A stretch of 64,000 nt of DNA from Auanema rhodensis (lineage: Eukaryota; Animalia; Nematoda). The stretch lies in contig OZ059896.1 in NCBI GenBank assembly GCA_964057225.1, positions 21,080,001 through 21,144,000 of the forward strand, in the 5' to 3' direction. Within the stretch, counting starts at the first letter, position 1, and the number at the start of each line of letters is the position of its first letter. The notes under the pieces are model-generated. The model did no database searches, was not told the origin of the DNA, and saw nothing but the letters and a program-made list of their open reading frames with translations. The position numbers and the translations under genes were made by a program. Of the stretch, positions 21,412-35,100 are shown one piece after another.

Positions 21412-24400
21412 TAGCGCAAATCTGATAACACAGATCGACGCAGCTTAAAAATCCGCATCGAATGCACTATACTACATTGAGAAACGCTTGATACAAAAAT
21501 TAGTTATGATCGTTTGAAAAATGATGCATTAGTGTATGTTGAGTTTCCATGTACACTCAACATTGCTTCCAAAAACATTTTGACAAAAATTTTTTCGAAA
21601 AATTTCAAAATAATTTAGCAAAAAGTAGATGTTTTTAGATTCCTTTTTTTAAGGCAAAGACGATGGACAATGTTATTCAACGAAAAAATTAATTCTTCAG
21701 GACGAAAATCGAGGATATAAGTGTGAACTTATATCAGTTGATATCTCGGTGCATTTTCAAGCTAGCGCAAATCTGATAACACAGATCGACGCAGCTTAAA
21801 AATCCGCATCGAATGCACTATACTACATTGAGAAACGCTTAATACAAAAATTAGTTATGATCGTTTGAAAAATGATGCATTAGTGTATGTTGAGTTTCCA
21901 TGTACACTCAACATTGCTTCCAAAAACATTTTGACAAAAATTTTTTCGAAAAATTTCAAAATAATTTAGCAAAAAGTAGATGTTTTTAGATTCCTTTTTT
22001 TAAGGCAAAGACGATGGACAATGTTATTCAACGAAAAAATTTATTCTTCAGGACGAAAATCGAGGATATAAGTGTGAACTTATATCAGTTGATATCTCGG
22101 TGCATTTTTAAGCTAGCGCAAATCGGATAACACAGATCGACGCAGCTTAAAAATCCGCATCGAATGCACTATACTACATTGAGAAACGCTTAATACAAAA
22201 ATTAGTTATGATCGTTTGAAAAATGATGCATTAGTGTATGTTGAGTTTCCATGTACACTCAACATTGCTTCCAAAAACATTTTGACAAAAATTTTTTCGA
22301 AAAATTTCAAAATAATTTAGCAAAAAGTAGATGTTTTTAGATTCCATTTTTCAAGGCAAAGACGATGGACAATGTTATTCAACGAAAAAATTAATTCTTC
22401 AGGGTGAAAATCGAGGATATAAGTGTGAACTTATATCAGTTGATATCTCGGGGCATTTTTAAGCTAGCGCAAATCGGATAACACAGATCGACGCAGCTTA
22501 AAAATCCGCATCGAATGCACTATACTACATCAAGAAACGCTTAATACAAAAATTAGTTATGATCGTTTGAAAAATGATGCATTAGTGTATGTTGAGTTTC
22601 CATGTACACTCAACATTGCTTCCAAAAACATTTTGACAAAAATTTTTTCGAAAAATTTCAAAATAATTTAGCAAAAAGTAGATGTTTTTAGATTCCTTTT
22701 TTTAAGGCAAAGACGATGGACAAGGTTATTCAACGAAAAAATTAATTCTTCAGGACGAAAATCGAGGATATAAGTGTGAACTTATATCAGTTGATATCTC
22801 GGTGCATTTTCAAGCTAGCGCAAATCTGATAACACAGATCGACGCAGCTTAAAAATCCGCATCGAATGCACTATACTACATTGAGAAACGCTTAATACAA
22901 AAATTAGTTATGATCGTTTGAAAAATGATGCATTAGTGTATGTTGAGTTTCCATGTACACTCAACATTGCTTCCAAAAACATTTTGACAAAAATTTTTTC
23001 GAAAAATTTCAAAATAATTTAGCAAAAAGTAGATGTTTTTAGATTCCTTTTTTTAAGGCAAAGACGATGGACAATGTTATTCAACGAAAAAATTTATTCT
23101 TCAGGACGAAAATCGAGGATATAAGTGTGAACTTATATCAGTTGATATCTCGGTGCATTTTTAAGCTAGCGCAAATCGGATAACACAGATCGACGCAGCT
23201 TAAAAATCCGCATCGAATGCACTATACTACATTGAGAAACGCTTAATACAAAAATTAGTTATGATCGTTTGAAAAATGATGCATTAGTGTATGTTGAGTT
23301 TCCATGTACACTCAACATTGCTTCCAAAAACATTTTGACAAAAATTTTTTCGAAAAATTTCAAAATAATTTAGCAAAAAGTAGATGTTTTTAGATTCCAT
23401 TTTTCAAGGCAAAGACGATGGACAATGTTATTCAACGAAAAAATTAATTCTTCAGGGTGAAAATCGAGGATATAAGTGTGAACTTATATCAGTTGATATC
23501 TCGGTGCATTTTTAAGCTAGCGCAAATCGGATAACACAGATCGACGCAGCTTAAAAATCCGCATCGAATGCACTATACTACATTGAGAAACGCTTAATAC
23601 AAAAATTAGTTATGATCGTTTGAAAAATGATGCATTAGTGTATGTTGAGTTTCCATGTACACTCAACATTGCTTCCAAAAACATTTTGACAAAAATTTTT
23701 TCGAAAAATTTCAAAATAATTTAGCAAAAAGTAGATGTTTTTAGATTCCATTTTTCAAGGCAAAGACGATGGACAATGTTATTCAACGAAAAAATTAATT
23801 CTTCAGGGTGAAAATCGAGGATATAAGTGTGAACTTATATCAGTTGATATCTCGGGGCATTTTTAAGCTAGCGCAAATCTGATAACACAGATCGACGCAG
23901 CTTAAAAATCCGCATCGAATGCACTATACTACATCAAGAAACGCTTGATACAAAAATTAGTTATGATCGTTTGAAAAATGATGCATTAGTGTATGTTGAG
24001 TTTCCATGTACACTCAACATTGCTTCCAAAAACATTTTGACAAAAATTTTTTCGAAAAAATTCAAAATAATTTAGCAAAAAGTAGATGTTTTTAGATTCC
24101 TTTTTTTAAGGCAAAGACGATGGACAATGTTATTCAACGAAAAATCTAATTCTTCAGGACGAAAATCGAGGATATAAGTGTGAACTTATATCAGTTGATA
24201 TCTCGGTGCATTTTCAAGCTAGCGCAAATCTGATAACACAGATCGACGCAGCTTAAAAATCCGCATCGAATGCACTATACTACATTGAGAAACGCTTAAT
24301 ACAAAAATTAGTTATGATCGTTTGAAAAATGATGCATTAGTGTATGTTGAGTTTCCATGTACACTCAACATTGCTTCCAAAAACATTTTGACAAAAATTT

Positions 24401-27027
24401 TTTCGAAAAATTTCAAAATAATTTAGCAAAAAGTAGATGTTTTTAGATTCCATTTTTCAAGGCAAAGACGATAGACAATGTTATTCAACGAAAAAATTAA
24501 TTCTTCAGGGTGAAAATCGAGGATATAAGTGTGAACTTATATCAGTTGATATCTCGGTGCATTTTTAAGCTAGCGCAAATCTGATAACACAGATCGACGC
24601 AGCTTAAAAATCCGTATCGAATGCACTATACTACATTGAGAAACGCTTGATACAAAAATTAGTTATGATCGTTTGAAAAATGATGCATTAGTGTATGTTG
24701 AGTTTCCATGTACACTCAACATTGCTTCCAAAAACATTTTGACAAAAATTTTTTCGAAAAATTTCAAAATAATTTAGCAAAAAGTAGATGTTTTTAGATT
24801 CCATTTTTCAAGGCAAAGACGATGGACAATGTTATTCAACGAAAAAATTAATTCTTCAGGGTGAAAATTGAGGATATAAGTGTGAACTTATATCAGTTGA
24901 TATCTCGGTGCATTTTTAAGCTAGCGCAAATCTGATAACACAGATCGACGCAGCTTAAAAATCGGCATCGAATGCACTATACTACATTGAGAAACGCTTG
25001 ATACAAAAATTAGTTATGATCGTTTGAAAAATGATGCATTAGTGTATGTTGAGTTTCCATGTACACTCAACATTGCTTCCAAAAACATTTTGACAAAAAT
25101 TTTTTCGAAAAATTTCAAAATAATTTAGCAAAAAGTAGATGTTTTTAGATTCCATTTTTCAAGGCAAAGACGATGGACAATGTTATTCAACGAAAAAATT
25201 AATTCTTCAGGGTGAAAATTGAGGATATAAGTGTGAACTTATATCAGTTGATATCTCGGTGCATTTTTAAGCTAGCGCAAATCTGATAACACAGATCGAC
25301 GCAGCTTAAAAATCCGTATCGAATGCACTATACTACATTGAGAAACGCTTGATACAAAAATTAGTTATGATCGTTTGAAAAATGATGCATTAGTGTATGT
25401 TGAGTTTCCATGTACACTCAACATTGCTTCCAAAAACATTTTGACAAAAATTTTTTCGAAAAATTTCAAAATAATTTAGCAAAAAGTAGATGTTTTTAGA
25501 TTCCATTTTTAAAGGCAAAGACGATAGACAATGTTATTCAACGAAAAAATTAATTCTTCAGGGTGAAAATCGAGGATATAAGTGTGAACTTATATCAGTT
25601 GATATCTCGGTGCATTTTCAAGCTAGCGCAAATCTGATAACACAGATCGACGCAGCTTAAAAATCCGCATCGAATGCACTATACTACATTGAGAAACGCT
25701 TAATACAAAAATTAGTTATGATCGTTTGAAAAATGATGCATTAGTGTATGTTGAGTTTCCATGTACACTCAACATTGCTTCCAAAAACATTTTGACAAAA
25801 ATTTTTTCGAAAAATTTCAAAATAATTTAGCAAAAAGTAGATGTTTTTAGATTCCTTTTTTTAAGGCAAAGACGATGGACAATGTTATTCAACGAAAAAA
25901 TTTATTCTTCAGGACGAAAATCGAGGATATAAGTGTGAACTTATATCAGTTGATATCTCGGTGCATTTTTAAGCTAGCGCAAATCTGATAACACAGATCG
26001 ACGCAGCTTAAAAATCCGCATCGAATGCACTATACTACATTGAGAAACGCTTGATACAAAAATTAGTTATGATCGTTTGAAAAATGATGCATTAGTGTAT
26101 GTTGAGTTTCCATGTACACTCAACATTGCTTCCAAAAACATTTTGACAAAAATTTTTTCGAAAAATTTCAAAATAATTTAGCAAAAAGTAGATGTTTTTA
26201 GATTCCTTTTTTTAAGGCAAAGACGATGGACAATGTTATTCAACGAAAAATCTAATTCTTCAGGACGAAAATCGAGGATATAAGTGTGAACTTATATCAG
26301 TTGATATCTCGGTGCATTTTCAAGCTAGCGCAAATCTGATAACACAGATCGACGCAGCTTAAAAATCCGCATCGAATGCACTATACTACATTGAGAAACG
26401 CTTAATACAAAAATTAGTTATGATCGTTTGAAAAATGATGCATTAGTGTATGTTGAGTTTCCATGTACACTCAACATTGCTTCCAAAAACATTTTGACAA
26501 AAATTTTTTCGAAAAATTTCAAAATAATTTAGCAAAAAGTAGATGTTTTTAGATTCCATTTTTCAAGGCCAAGACGATGGACAATGTTATTCAACGAAAA
26601 AATTAATTCTTCAGGGTGAAAATTGAGGATATAAGTGTGAACTTATATCAGTTGATATCTCGGTGCATTTTTAAGCTAGCGCAAATCTGATAACACAGAT
26701 CGACGCAGCTTAAAAATCGGCATCGAATGCACTATACTACATTGAGAAACGCTTGATACAAAAATTAGTTATGATCGTTTGAAAAATGATGCATTAGTGT
26801 ATGTTGAGTTTCCATGTACACTCAACATTGCTTCCAAAAACATTTTGACAAAAATTTTTTCGAAAAATTTCAAAATAATTTAGCAAAAAGTAGATGTTTT
26901 TAGATTCCTTTTTTTAAGGCAAAGACGATGGACAATGTTATTCAACGAAAAATCTAATTCTTCAGGACGAAAATCGAGGATATAAGTGTGAACTTATATC
27001 AGTTGATATCTCGGTGCATTTTCAAGC

Positions 27028-30000
27028 TAGCGCAAATCTGATAACACAGATCGACGCAGCTTAAAAATCCGCATCGAATGCACTATACTACATTGAGAAA
27101 CGCTTAATACAAAAATTAGTTATGATCGTTTGAAAAATGATGCATTAGTGTATGTTGAGTTTCCATGTACACTCAACATTGCTTCCAAAAACATTTTGAC
27201 AAAAATTTTTTCGAAAAATTTCAAAATAATTTAGCAAAAAGTAGATGTTTTTAGATTCCATTTTTCAAGGCCAAGACGATGGACAATGTTATTCAACGAA
27301 AAAATTAATTCTTCAGGGTGAAAATTGAGGATATAAGTGTGAACTTATATCAGTTGATATCTCGGTGCATTTTTAAGCTAGCGCAAATCTGATAACACAG
27401 ATCGACGCAGCTTAAAAATCGGCATCGAATGCACTATACTACATTGAGAAACGCTTGATACAAAAATTAGTTATGATCGTTTGAAAAATGATGCATTAGT
27501 GTATGTTGAGTTTCCATGTACACTCAACATTGCTTCCAAAAACATTTTGACAAAAATTTTTTCGAAAAATTTCAAAATAATTTAGCAAAAAGTAGATGTT
27601 TTTAGATTCCATTTTTAAAGGCAAAGACGATAGACAATGTTATTCAACGAAAAAATTAATTCTTCAGGGTGAAAATCGAGGATATAAGTGTGAACTTATA
27701 TCAGTTGATATCTCGGTGCATTTTCAAGCTAGCGCAAATCTGATAACACAGATCGACGCAGCTTAAAAATCCGCATCGAATGCACTATACTACATTGAGA
27801 AACGCTTAATACAAAAATTAGTTATGATCGTTTGAAAAATGATGCATTAGTGTATGTTGAGTTTCCATGTACACTCAACATTGCTTCCAAAAACATTTTG
27901 ACAAAAATTTTTTCGAAAAATTTCAAAATAATTTAGCAAAAAGTAGGTGTTTTTAGATTCCTTTTTTTAAGGCAAAGACGATGGACAATGTTATTCAACG
28001 AAAAAATTTATTCTTCAGGACGAAAATCGAGGATATAAGTGTGAACTTATATCAGTTGATATCTCGGTGCATTTTTAAGCTAGCGCAAATCGGATAACAC
28101 AGATCGACGCAGCTTAAAAATCCGCATCGAATGCACTATACTACATTGAGAAACGCTTAATACAAAAATTAGTTATGATCGTTTGAAAAATGATGCATTA
28201 GTGTATGTTGAGTTTCCATGTACACTCAACATTGCTTCCAAAAACATTTTGACAAAAATTTTTTCGAAAAATTTCAAAATAATTTAGCAAAAAGTAGATG
28301 TTTTTAGATTCCATTTTTCAAGGCAAAGACGATAGACAATGTTATTCAACGAAAAAATTAATTCTTCAGGGTGAAAATCGAGGATATAAGTGTGAACTTA
28401 TATCAGTTGATATCTCGGTGCATTTTCAAGCTAGCGCAAATCTGATAACACAGATCGACGCAGCTTAAAAATCCGCATCGAATGCACTATACTACATTGA
28501 GAAACGCTTAATACAAAAATTAGTTATGATCGTTTGAAAAATGATGCATTAGTGTATGTTGAGTTTCCATGTACACTCAACATTGCTTCCAAAAACATTT
28601 TGACAAAAATTTTTTCGAAAAATTTCAAAATAATTTAGCAAAAAGTAGATGTTTTTAGATTCCTTTTTTTAAGGCAAAGACGATGGACAATGTTATTCAA
28701 CGAAAAAATTTATTCTTCAGGACGAAAATCGAGGATATAAGTGTGAACTTATATCAGTTGATATCTCGGTGCATTTTTAAGCTAGCGCAAATCTGATAAC
28801 ACAGATCGACGCAGCTTAAAAATCCGCATCGAATGCACTATACTACATTGAGAAACGCTTGATACAAAAATTAGTTATGATCGTTTGAAAAATGATGCAT
28901 TAGTGTATGTTGAGTTTCCATGTACACTCAACATTGCTTCCAAAAACATTTTGACAAAAATTTTTTCGAAAAATTTCAAAATAATTTAGCAAAAAGTAGA
29001 TGTTTTTAGATTCCTTTTTTTAAGGCAAAGACGATGGACAATGTTATTCAACGAAAAATCTAATTCTTCAGGACGAAAATCGAGGATATAAGTGTGAACT
29101 TATATCAGTTGATATCTCGGTGCATTTTCAAGCTAGCGCAAATCTGATAACACAGATCGACGCAGCTTAAAAATCCGCATCGAATGCACTATACTACATT
29201 GAGAAACGCTTAATACAAAAATTAGTTATGATCGTTTGAAAAATGATGCATTAGTGTATGTTGAGTTTCCATGTACACTCAACATTGCTTCCAAAAACAT
29301 TTTGACAAAAATTTTTTCGAAAAATTTCAAAATAATTTAGCAAAAAGTAGATGTTTTTAGATTCCATTTTTCAAGGCCAAGACGATGGACAATGTTATTC
29401 AACGAAAAAATTAATTCTTCAGGGTGAAAATTGAGGATATAAGTGTGAACTTATATCAGTTGATATCTCGGTGCATTTTTAAGCTAGCGCAAATCTGATA
29501 ACACAGATCGACGCAGCTTAAAAATCGGCATCGAATGCACTATACTACATTGAGAAACGCTTGATACAAAAATTAGTTATGATCGTTTGAAAAATGATGC
29601 ATTAGTGTATGTTGAGTTTCCATGTACACTCAACATTGCTTCCAAAAACATTTTGACAAAAATTTTTTCGAAAAATTTCAAAATAATTTAGCAAAAAGTA
29701 GATGTTTTTAGATTCCATTTTTAAAGGCAAAGACGATAGACAATGTTATTCAACGAAAAAATTAATTCTTCAGGGTGAAAATCGAGGATATAAGTGTGAA
29801 CTTATATCAGTTGATATCTCGGTGCATTTTCAAGCTAGCGCAAATCTGATAACACAGATCGACGCAGCTTAAAAATCCGCATCGAATGCACTATACTACA
29901 TTGAGAAACGCTTAATACAAAAATTAGTTATGATCGTTTGAAAAATGATGCATTAGTGTATGTTGAGTTTCCATGTACACTCAACATTGCTTCCAAAAAC

Positions 30001-30888
30001 ATTTTGACAAAAATTTTTTCGAAAAATTTCAAAATAATTTAGCAAAAAGTAGATGTTTTTAGATTCCTTTTTTTAAGGCAAAGACGATGGACAATGTTAT
30101 TCAACGAAAAAATTTATTCTTCAGGACGAAAATCGAGGATATAAGTGTGAACTTATATCAGTTGATATCTCGGTGCATTTTTAAGCTAGCGCAAATCGGA
30201 TAACACAGATCGACGCAGCTTAAAAATCCGCATCGAATGCACTATACTACATTGAGAAACGCTTAATACAAAAATTAGTTATGATCGTTTGAAAAATGAT
30301 GCATTAGTGTATGTTGAGTTTCCATGTACACTCAACATTGCTTCCAAAAACATTTTGACAAAAATTTTTTCGAAAAATTTCAAAATAATTTAGCAAAAAG
30401 TAGATGTTTTTAGATTCCATTTTTCAAGGCAAAGACGATAGACAATGTTATTCAACGAAAAAATTAATTCTTCAGGGTGAAAATCGAGGATATAAGTGTG
30501 AACTTATATCAGTTGATATCTCGGTGCATTTTCAAGCTAGCGCAAATCTGATAACACAGATCGACGCAGCTTAAAAATCCGCATCGAATGCACTATACTA
30601 CATTGAGAAACGCTTAATACAAAAATTAGTTATGATCGTTTGAAAAATGATGCATTAGTGTATGTTGAGTTTCCATGTACACTCAACATTGCTTCCAAAA
30701 ACATTTTGACAAAAATTTTTTCGAAAAATTTCAAAATAATTTAGCAAAAAGTAGATGTTTTTAGATTCCTTTTTTTAAGGCAAAGACGATGGACAATGTT
30801 ATTCAACGAAAAAATTTATTCTTCAGGACGAAAATCGAGGATATAAGTGTGAACTTATATCAGTTGATATCTCGGTGCATTTTTAAGC
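27028..30888. repeat. Local 6-monomer duplication (period 2106 bp)
   Basis: Monomers starting at 27028, 27379, 27730, 28081 and 28432 match those at 29134, 29485, 29836, 30187 and 30538 (markers ggccaag+aattgag, atcggca+tttttaaagg, tttattc, aatcggat). Confidence 0.8.
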
Positions 30889-33800
30889 TAGCGCAAATCG
30901 GATAACACAGATCGACGCAGCTTAAAAATCCGCATCGAATGCACTATACTACATTGAGAAACGCTTAATACAAAAATTAGTTATGATTGTTTGAAAAATG
31001 ATGCATTAGTGTATGTTGAGTTTCCATGTACACTCAACATTGCTTCCAAAAACATTTTGACAAAAATTTTTTCGAAAAATTTCAAAATAATTCAGCAAAA
31101 AGTAGATGTTTTTAGATTCCATTTTTCAAGGCAAAGACGATGGACAATGTTATTCAACGAAAAAATTAATTCTTCAGGGTGAAAATCGAGGATATAAGTG
31201 TGAACTTATATCAGTTGATATCTCGGGGCATTTTTAAGCTAGCGCAAATCTGATAACACAGATCGACGCAGCTTAAAAATCCGCATCGAATGCACTATAC
31301 TACATCAAGAAACGCTTGATACAAAAATTAGTTATGATCGTTTGAAAAATGATGCATTAGTGTATGTTGAGTTTCCATGTACACTCAACATTGCTTCCAA
31401 AAACATTTTGACAAAAATTTTTTCGAAAAATTTCAAAATAATTTAGCAAAAAGTAGATGTTTTTAGATTCCATTTTTAAAGGCAAAGACGATAGACAATG
31501 TTATTCAACGTAAAAATTAATTCTTCAGGGTGAAAATCGAGGATATAAGTGTGAACTTATATCAGTTGATATCTCGGTGCATTTTCAAGCTAGCGCAAAT
31601 CTGATAACACAGATCGACGCAGCTTAAAAATCCGCATCGAATGCACTATACTACATTGAGAAACGCTTGATACAAAAATTAGTTATGATCGTTTGAAAAA
31701 TGATGCATTAGTGTATGTTGAGTTTCCATGTACACTCAACATTGCTTCCAAAAACATTTTGACAAAAATTTTTTCGAAAAATTTCAAAATAATTTAGCAA
31801 AAAGTAGATGTTTTTAGATTCCTTTTTTTAAGGCAAAGACGATGGAGAATGTTATTCAACGAAAAAATTAATTCTTCAGGGTGAAAATCGAGGATATAAG
31901 TGTGCACTTATATCAGTTGATATCTCGGTGCATTTTTAAGCTAGCGCAAATCTGATAACACAGATCGACGCAGCTTAAAAATCTGCATCGAATGCACTAT
32001 ACTACATCAAAAAACGCTTGATACAAAAATTAGTTATGATCGTTTGAAAAATGATGCATTAGTGTATGTTGAGTTTCCATGTACACTCAACATTGCTTCC
32101 AAAAACATTTTGACAAAAATTTTTTCGAAAAATTTCAAAATAATTTAGCAAAAAGTAGATGTTTTTAGATTCCTTTTTTTAAGGCAAAGACGATGGACAA
32201 TGTTATTCAACGAAAAAATTAATTCTTAAGGGTGAAAAACGAGGATATAAGTGTGAACTTATATCAGTTGATATCTCGGTGCATTTTTAAGCTAGCGCAA
32301 ATCTGATAACACAGATCGACGCAGCTTAAAAATCTGCATCGAATGCACTATACTACATCAAGAAACGCTTGATACAAAAATTAGTTATGATCGTTTGAAA
32401 AATGATGCATTAGTGTATGTTGAGTTTCTATGTACACTCAACATTGCTTCCAAAAACATTTTGACAAAAATTTTTTCGAAAAATTTCAAAATAATTTAGC
32501 AAAAAGTAGATGTTTTTAGATTCCATTTTTCAAGGCAAAGACGATAGACATTGTTATTCAACGAAAAAATTAATTCTTCAGGGTGAAAATCGAGGATATA
32601 AGTGTGAACTTATATCAGTTGATATCTCGGTGCATTTTCAAGCTAGCGCAAATCTGATAACACAGATCGACGCAGCTTAAAAATCCGCATCGAATGCACT
32701 ATACTACATTGAGAAACGCTTAATACAAAAATTAGTTATGATCGTTTGAAAAATGATGCATTAGTGTATGTTGAGTTTCCATGTACACTCAACATTGCTT
32801 CCAAAAACATTTTGACAAAAATTTTTTCGAAAAATTTCAAAATAATTTAGCAAAAAGTAGATGTTTTTAGATTCCTTTTTTTAAGGCAAAGACGATGGAC
32901 AATGTTATTCAACGAAAAAATTAATTCTTCAGGACGAAAATCGAGGATATAAGTGTGAACTTATATCAGTTGATATCTCGGTGCATTTTCAAGCTAGCGC
33001 AAATCTGATAACACAGATCGACGCAGCTTAAAAATCCGCATCGAATGCACTATACTACATTGAGAAACGCTTAATACAAAAATTAGTTATGATCGTTTGA
33101 AAAATGATGCATTAGTGTATGTTGAGTTTCCATGTACACTCAACATTGCTTCCAAAAACATTTTGACAAAAATTTTTTCGAAAAATTTCAAAATAATTTA
33201 GCAAAAAGTAGATGTTTTTAGATTCCATTTTTCAAGGCAAAGACGATAGACAATGTTATTCAACGAAAAAATTAATTCTTCAGGGTGAAAATCGAGGATA
33301 TAAGTGTGAACTTATATCAGTTGATATCTCGGTGCATTTTCAAGCTAGCGCAAATCTGATAACACAGATCGACGCAGCTTAAAAATCCGCATCGAATGCA
33401 CTATACTACATTGAGAAACGCTTAATACAAAAATTAGTTATGATTGTTTGAAAAATGATGCATTAGTGTATGTTGAGTTTCCATGTACACTCAACATTGC
33501 TTCCAAAAACATTTTGACAAAAATTTTTTCGAAAAATTTCAAAATAATTCAGCAAAAAGTAGATGTTTTTAGATTCCATTTTTCAAGGCAAAGACGATGG
33601 ACAATGTTATTCAACGAAAAAATTAATTCTTCAGGGTGAAAATCGAGGATATAAGTGTGAACTTATATCAGTTGATATCTCGGGGCATTTTTAAGCTAGC
33701 GCAAATCTGATAACACAGATCGACGCAGCTTAAAAATCCGCATCGAATGCACTATACTACATCAAGAAACGCTTGATACAAAAATTAGTTATGATCGTTT

Positions 33801-35100
33801 GAAAAATGATGCATTAGTGTATGTTGAGTTTCCATGTACACTCAACATTGCTTCCAAAAACATTTTGACAAAAATTTTTTCGAAAAATTTCAAAATAATT
33901 TAGCAAAAAGTAGATGTTTTTAGATTCCATTTTTAAAGGCAAAGACGATAGACAATGTTATTCAACGTAAAAATTAATTCTTCAGGGTGAAAATCGAGGA
34001 TATAAGTGTGAACTTATATCAGTTGATATCTCGGTGCATTTTCAAGCTAGCGCAAATCTGATAACACAGATCGACGCAGCTTAAAAATCCGCATCGAATG
34101 CACTATACTACATTGAGAAACGCTTGATACAAAAATTAGTTATGATCGTTTGAAAAATGATGCATTAGTGTATGTTGAGTTTCCATGTACACTCAACATT
34201 GCTTCCAAAAACATTTTGACAAAAATTTTTTCGAAAAATTTCAAAATAATTTAGCAAAAAGTAGATGTTTTTAGATTCCTTTTTTTAAGGCAAAGACGAT
34301 GGACAATGTTATTCAACGAAAAAATTAATTCTTCAGGGTGAAAATCGAGGATATAAGTGTGCACTTATATCAGTTGATATCTCGGTGCATTTTTAAGCTA
34401 GCGCAAATCTGATAACACAGATCGACGCAGCTTAAAAATCTGCATCGAATGCACTATACTACATCAAAAAACGCTTGATACAAAAATTAGTTATGATCGT
34501 TTGAAAAATGATGCATTAGTGTATGTTGAGTTTCCATGTACACTCAACATTGCTTCCAAAAACATTTTGACAAAAATTTTTTCGAAAAATTTCAAAATAA
34601 TTTAGCAAAAAGTAGATGTTTTTAGATTCCTTTTTTTAAGGCAAAGACGATGGACAATGTTATTCAACGAAAAAATTAATTCTTAAGGGTGAAAAACGAG
34701 GATATAAGTGTGAACTTATATCAGTTGATATCTCGGTGCATTTTTAAGCTAGCGCAAATCTGATAACACAGATCGACGCAGCTTAAAAATCTGCATCGAA
34801 TGCACTATACTACATCAAGAAACGCTTGATACAAAAATTAGTTATGATCGTTTGAAAAATGATGCATTAGTGTATGTTGAGTTTCTATGTACACTCAACA
34901 TTGCTTCCAAAAACATTTTGACAAAAATTTTTTCGAAAAATTTCAAAATAATTTAGCAAAAAGTAGATGTTTTTAGATTCCATTTTTCAAGGCAAAGACG
35001 ATAGACATTGTTATTCAACGAAAAAATTAATTCTTCAGGGTGAAAATCGAGGATATAAGTGTGAACTTATATCAGTTGATATCTCGATGCATTTTCAAGC
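30889..35100. repeat. Five-monomer block repeated at a 7-monomer (2457 bp) spacing
   Basis: Rare markers gattgttt+aattcagc, caacgtaa, gtgcac, cttaag+aaaacgag and ttcta occur in order at 30889-32643 and again at 33346-35100. The twin + strand ORFs at 30991 and 33448 differ by 2457. Confidence 0.88.

Noticed and set aside
30991-33639. Two 63-aa plus-strand ORFs (30991-31182, 33448-33639)
   Set aside because: Created by a single tag>cag variant in two duplicated monomers; TTG start and no gene context.
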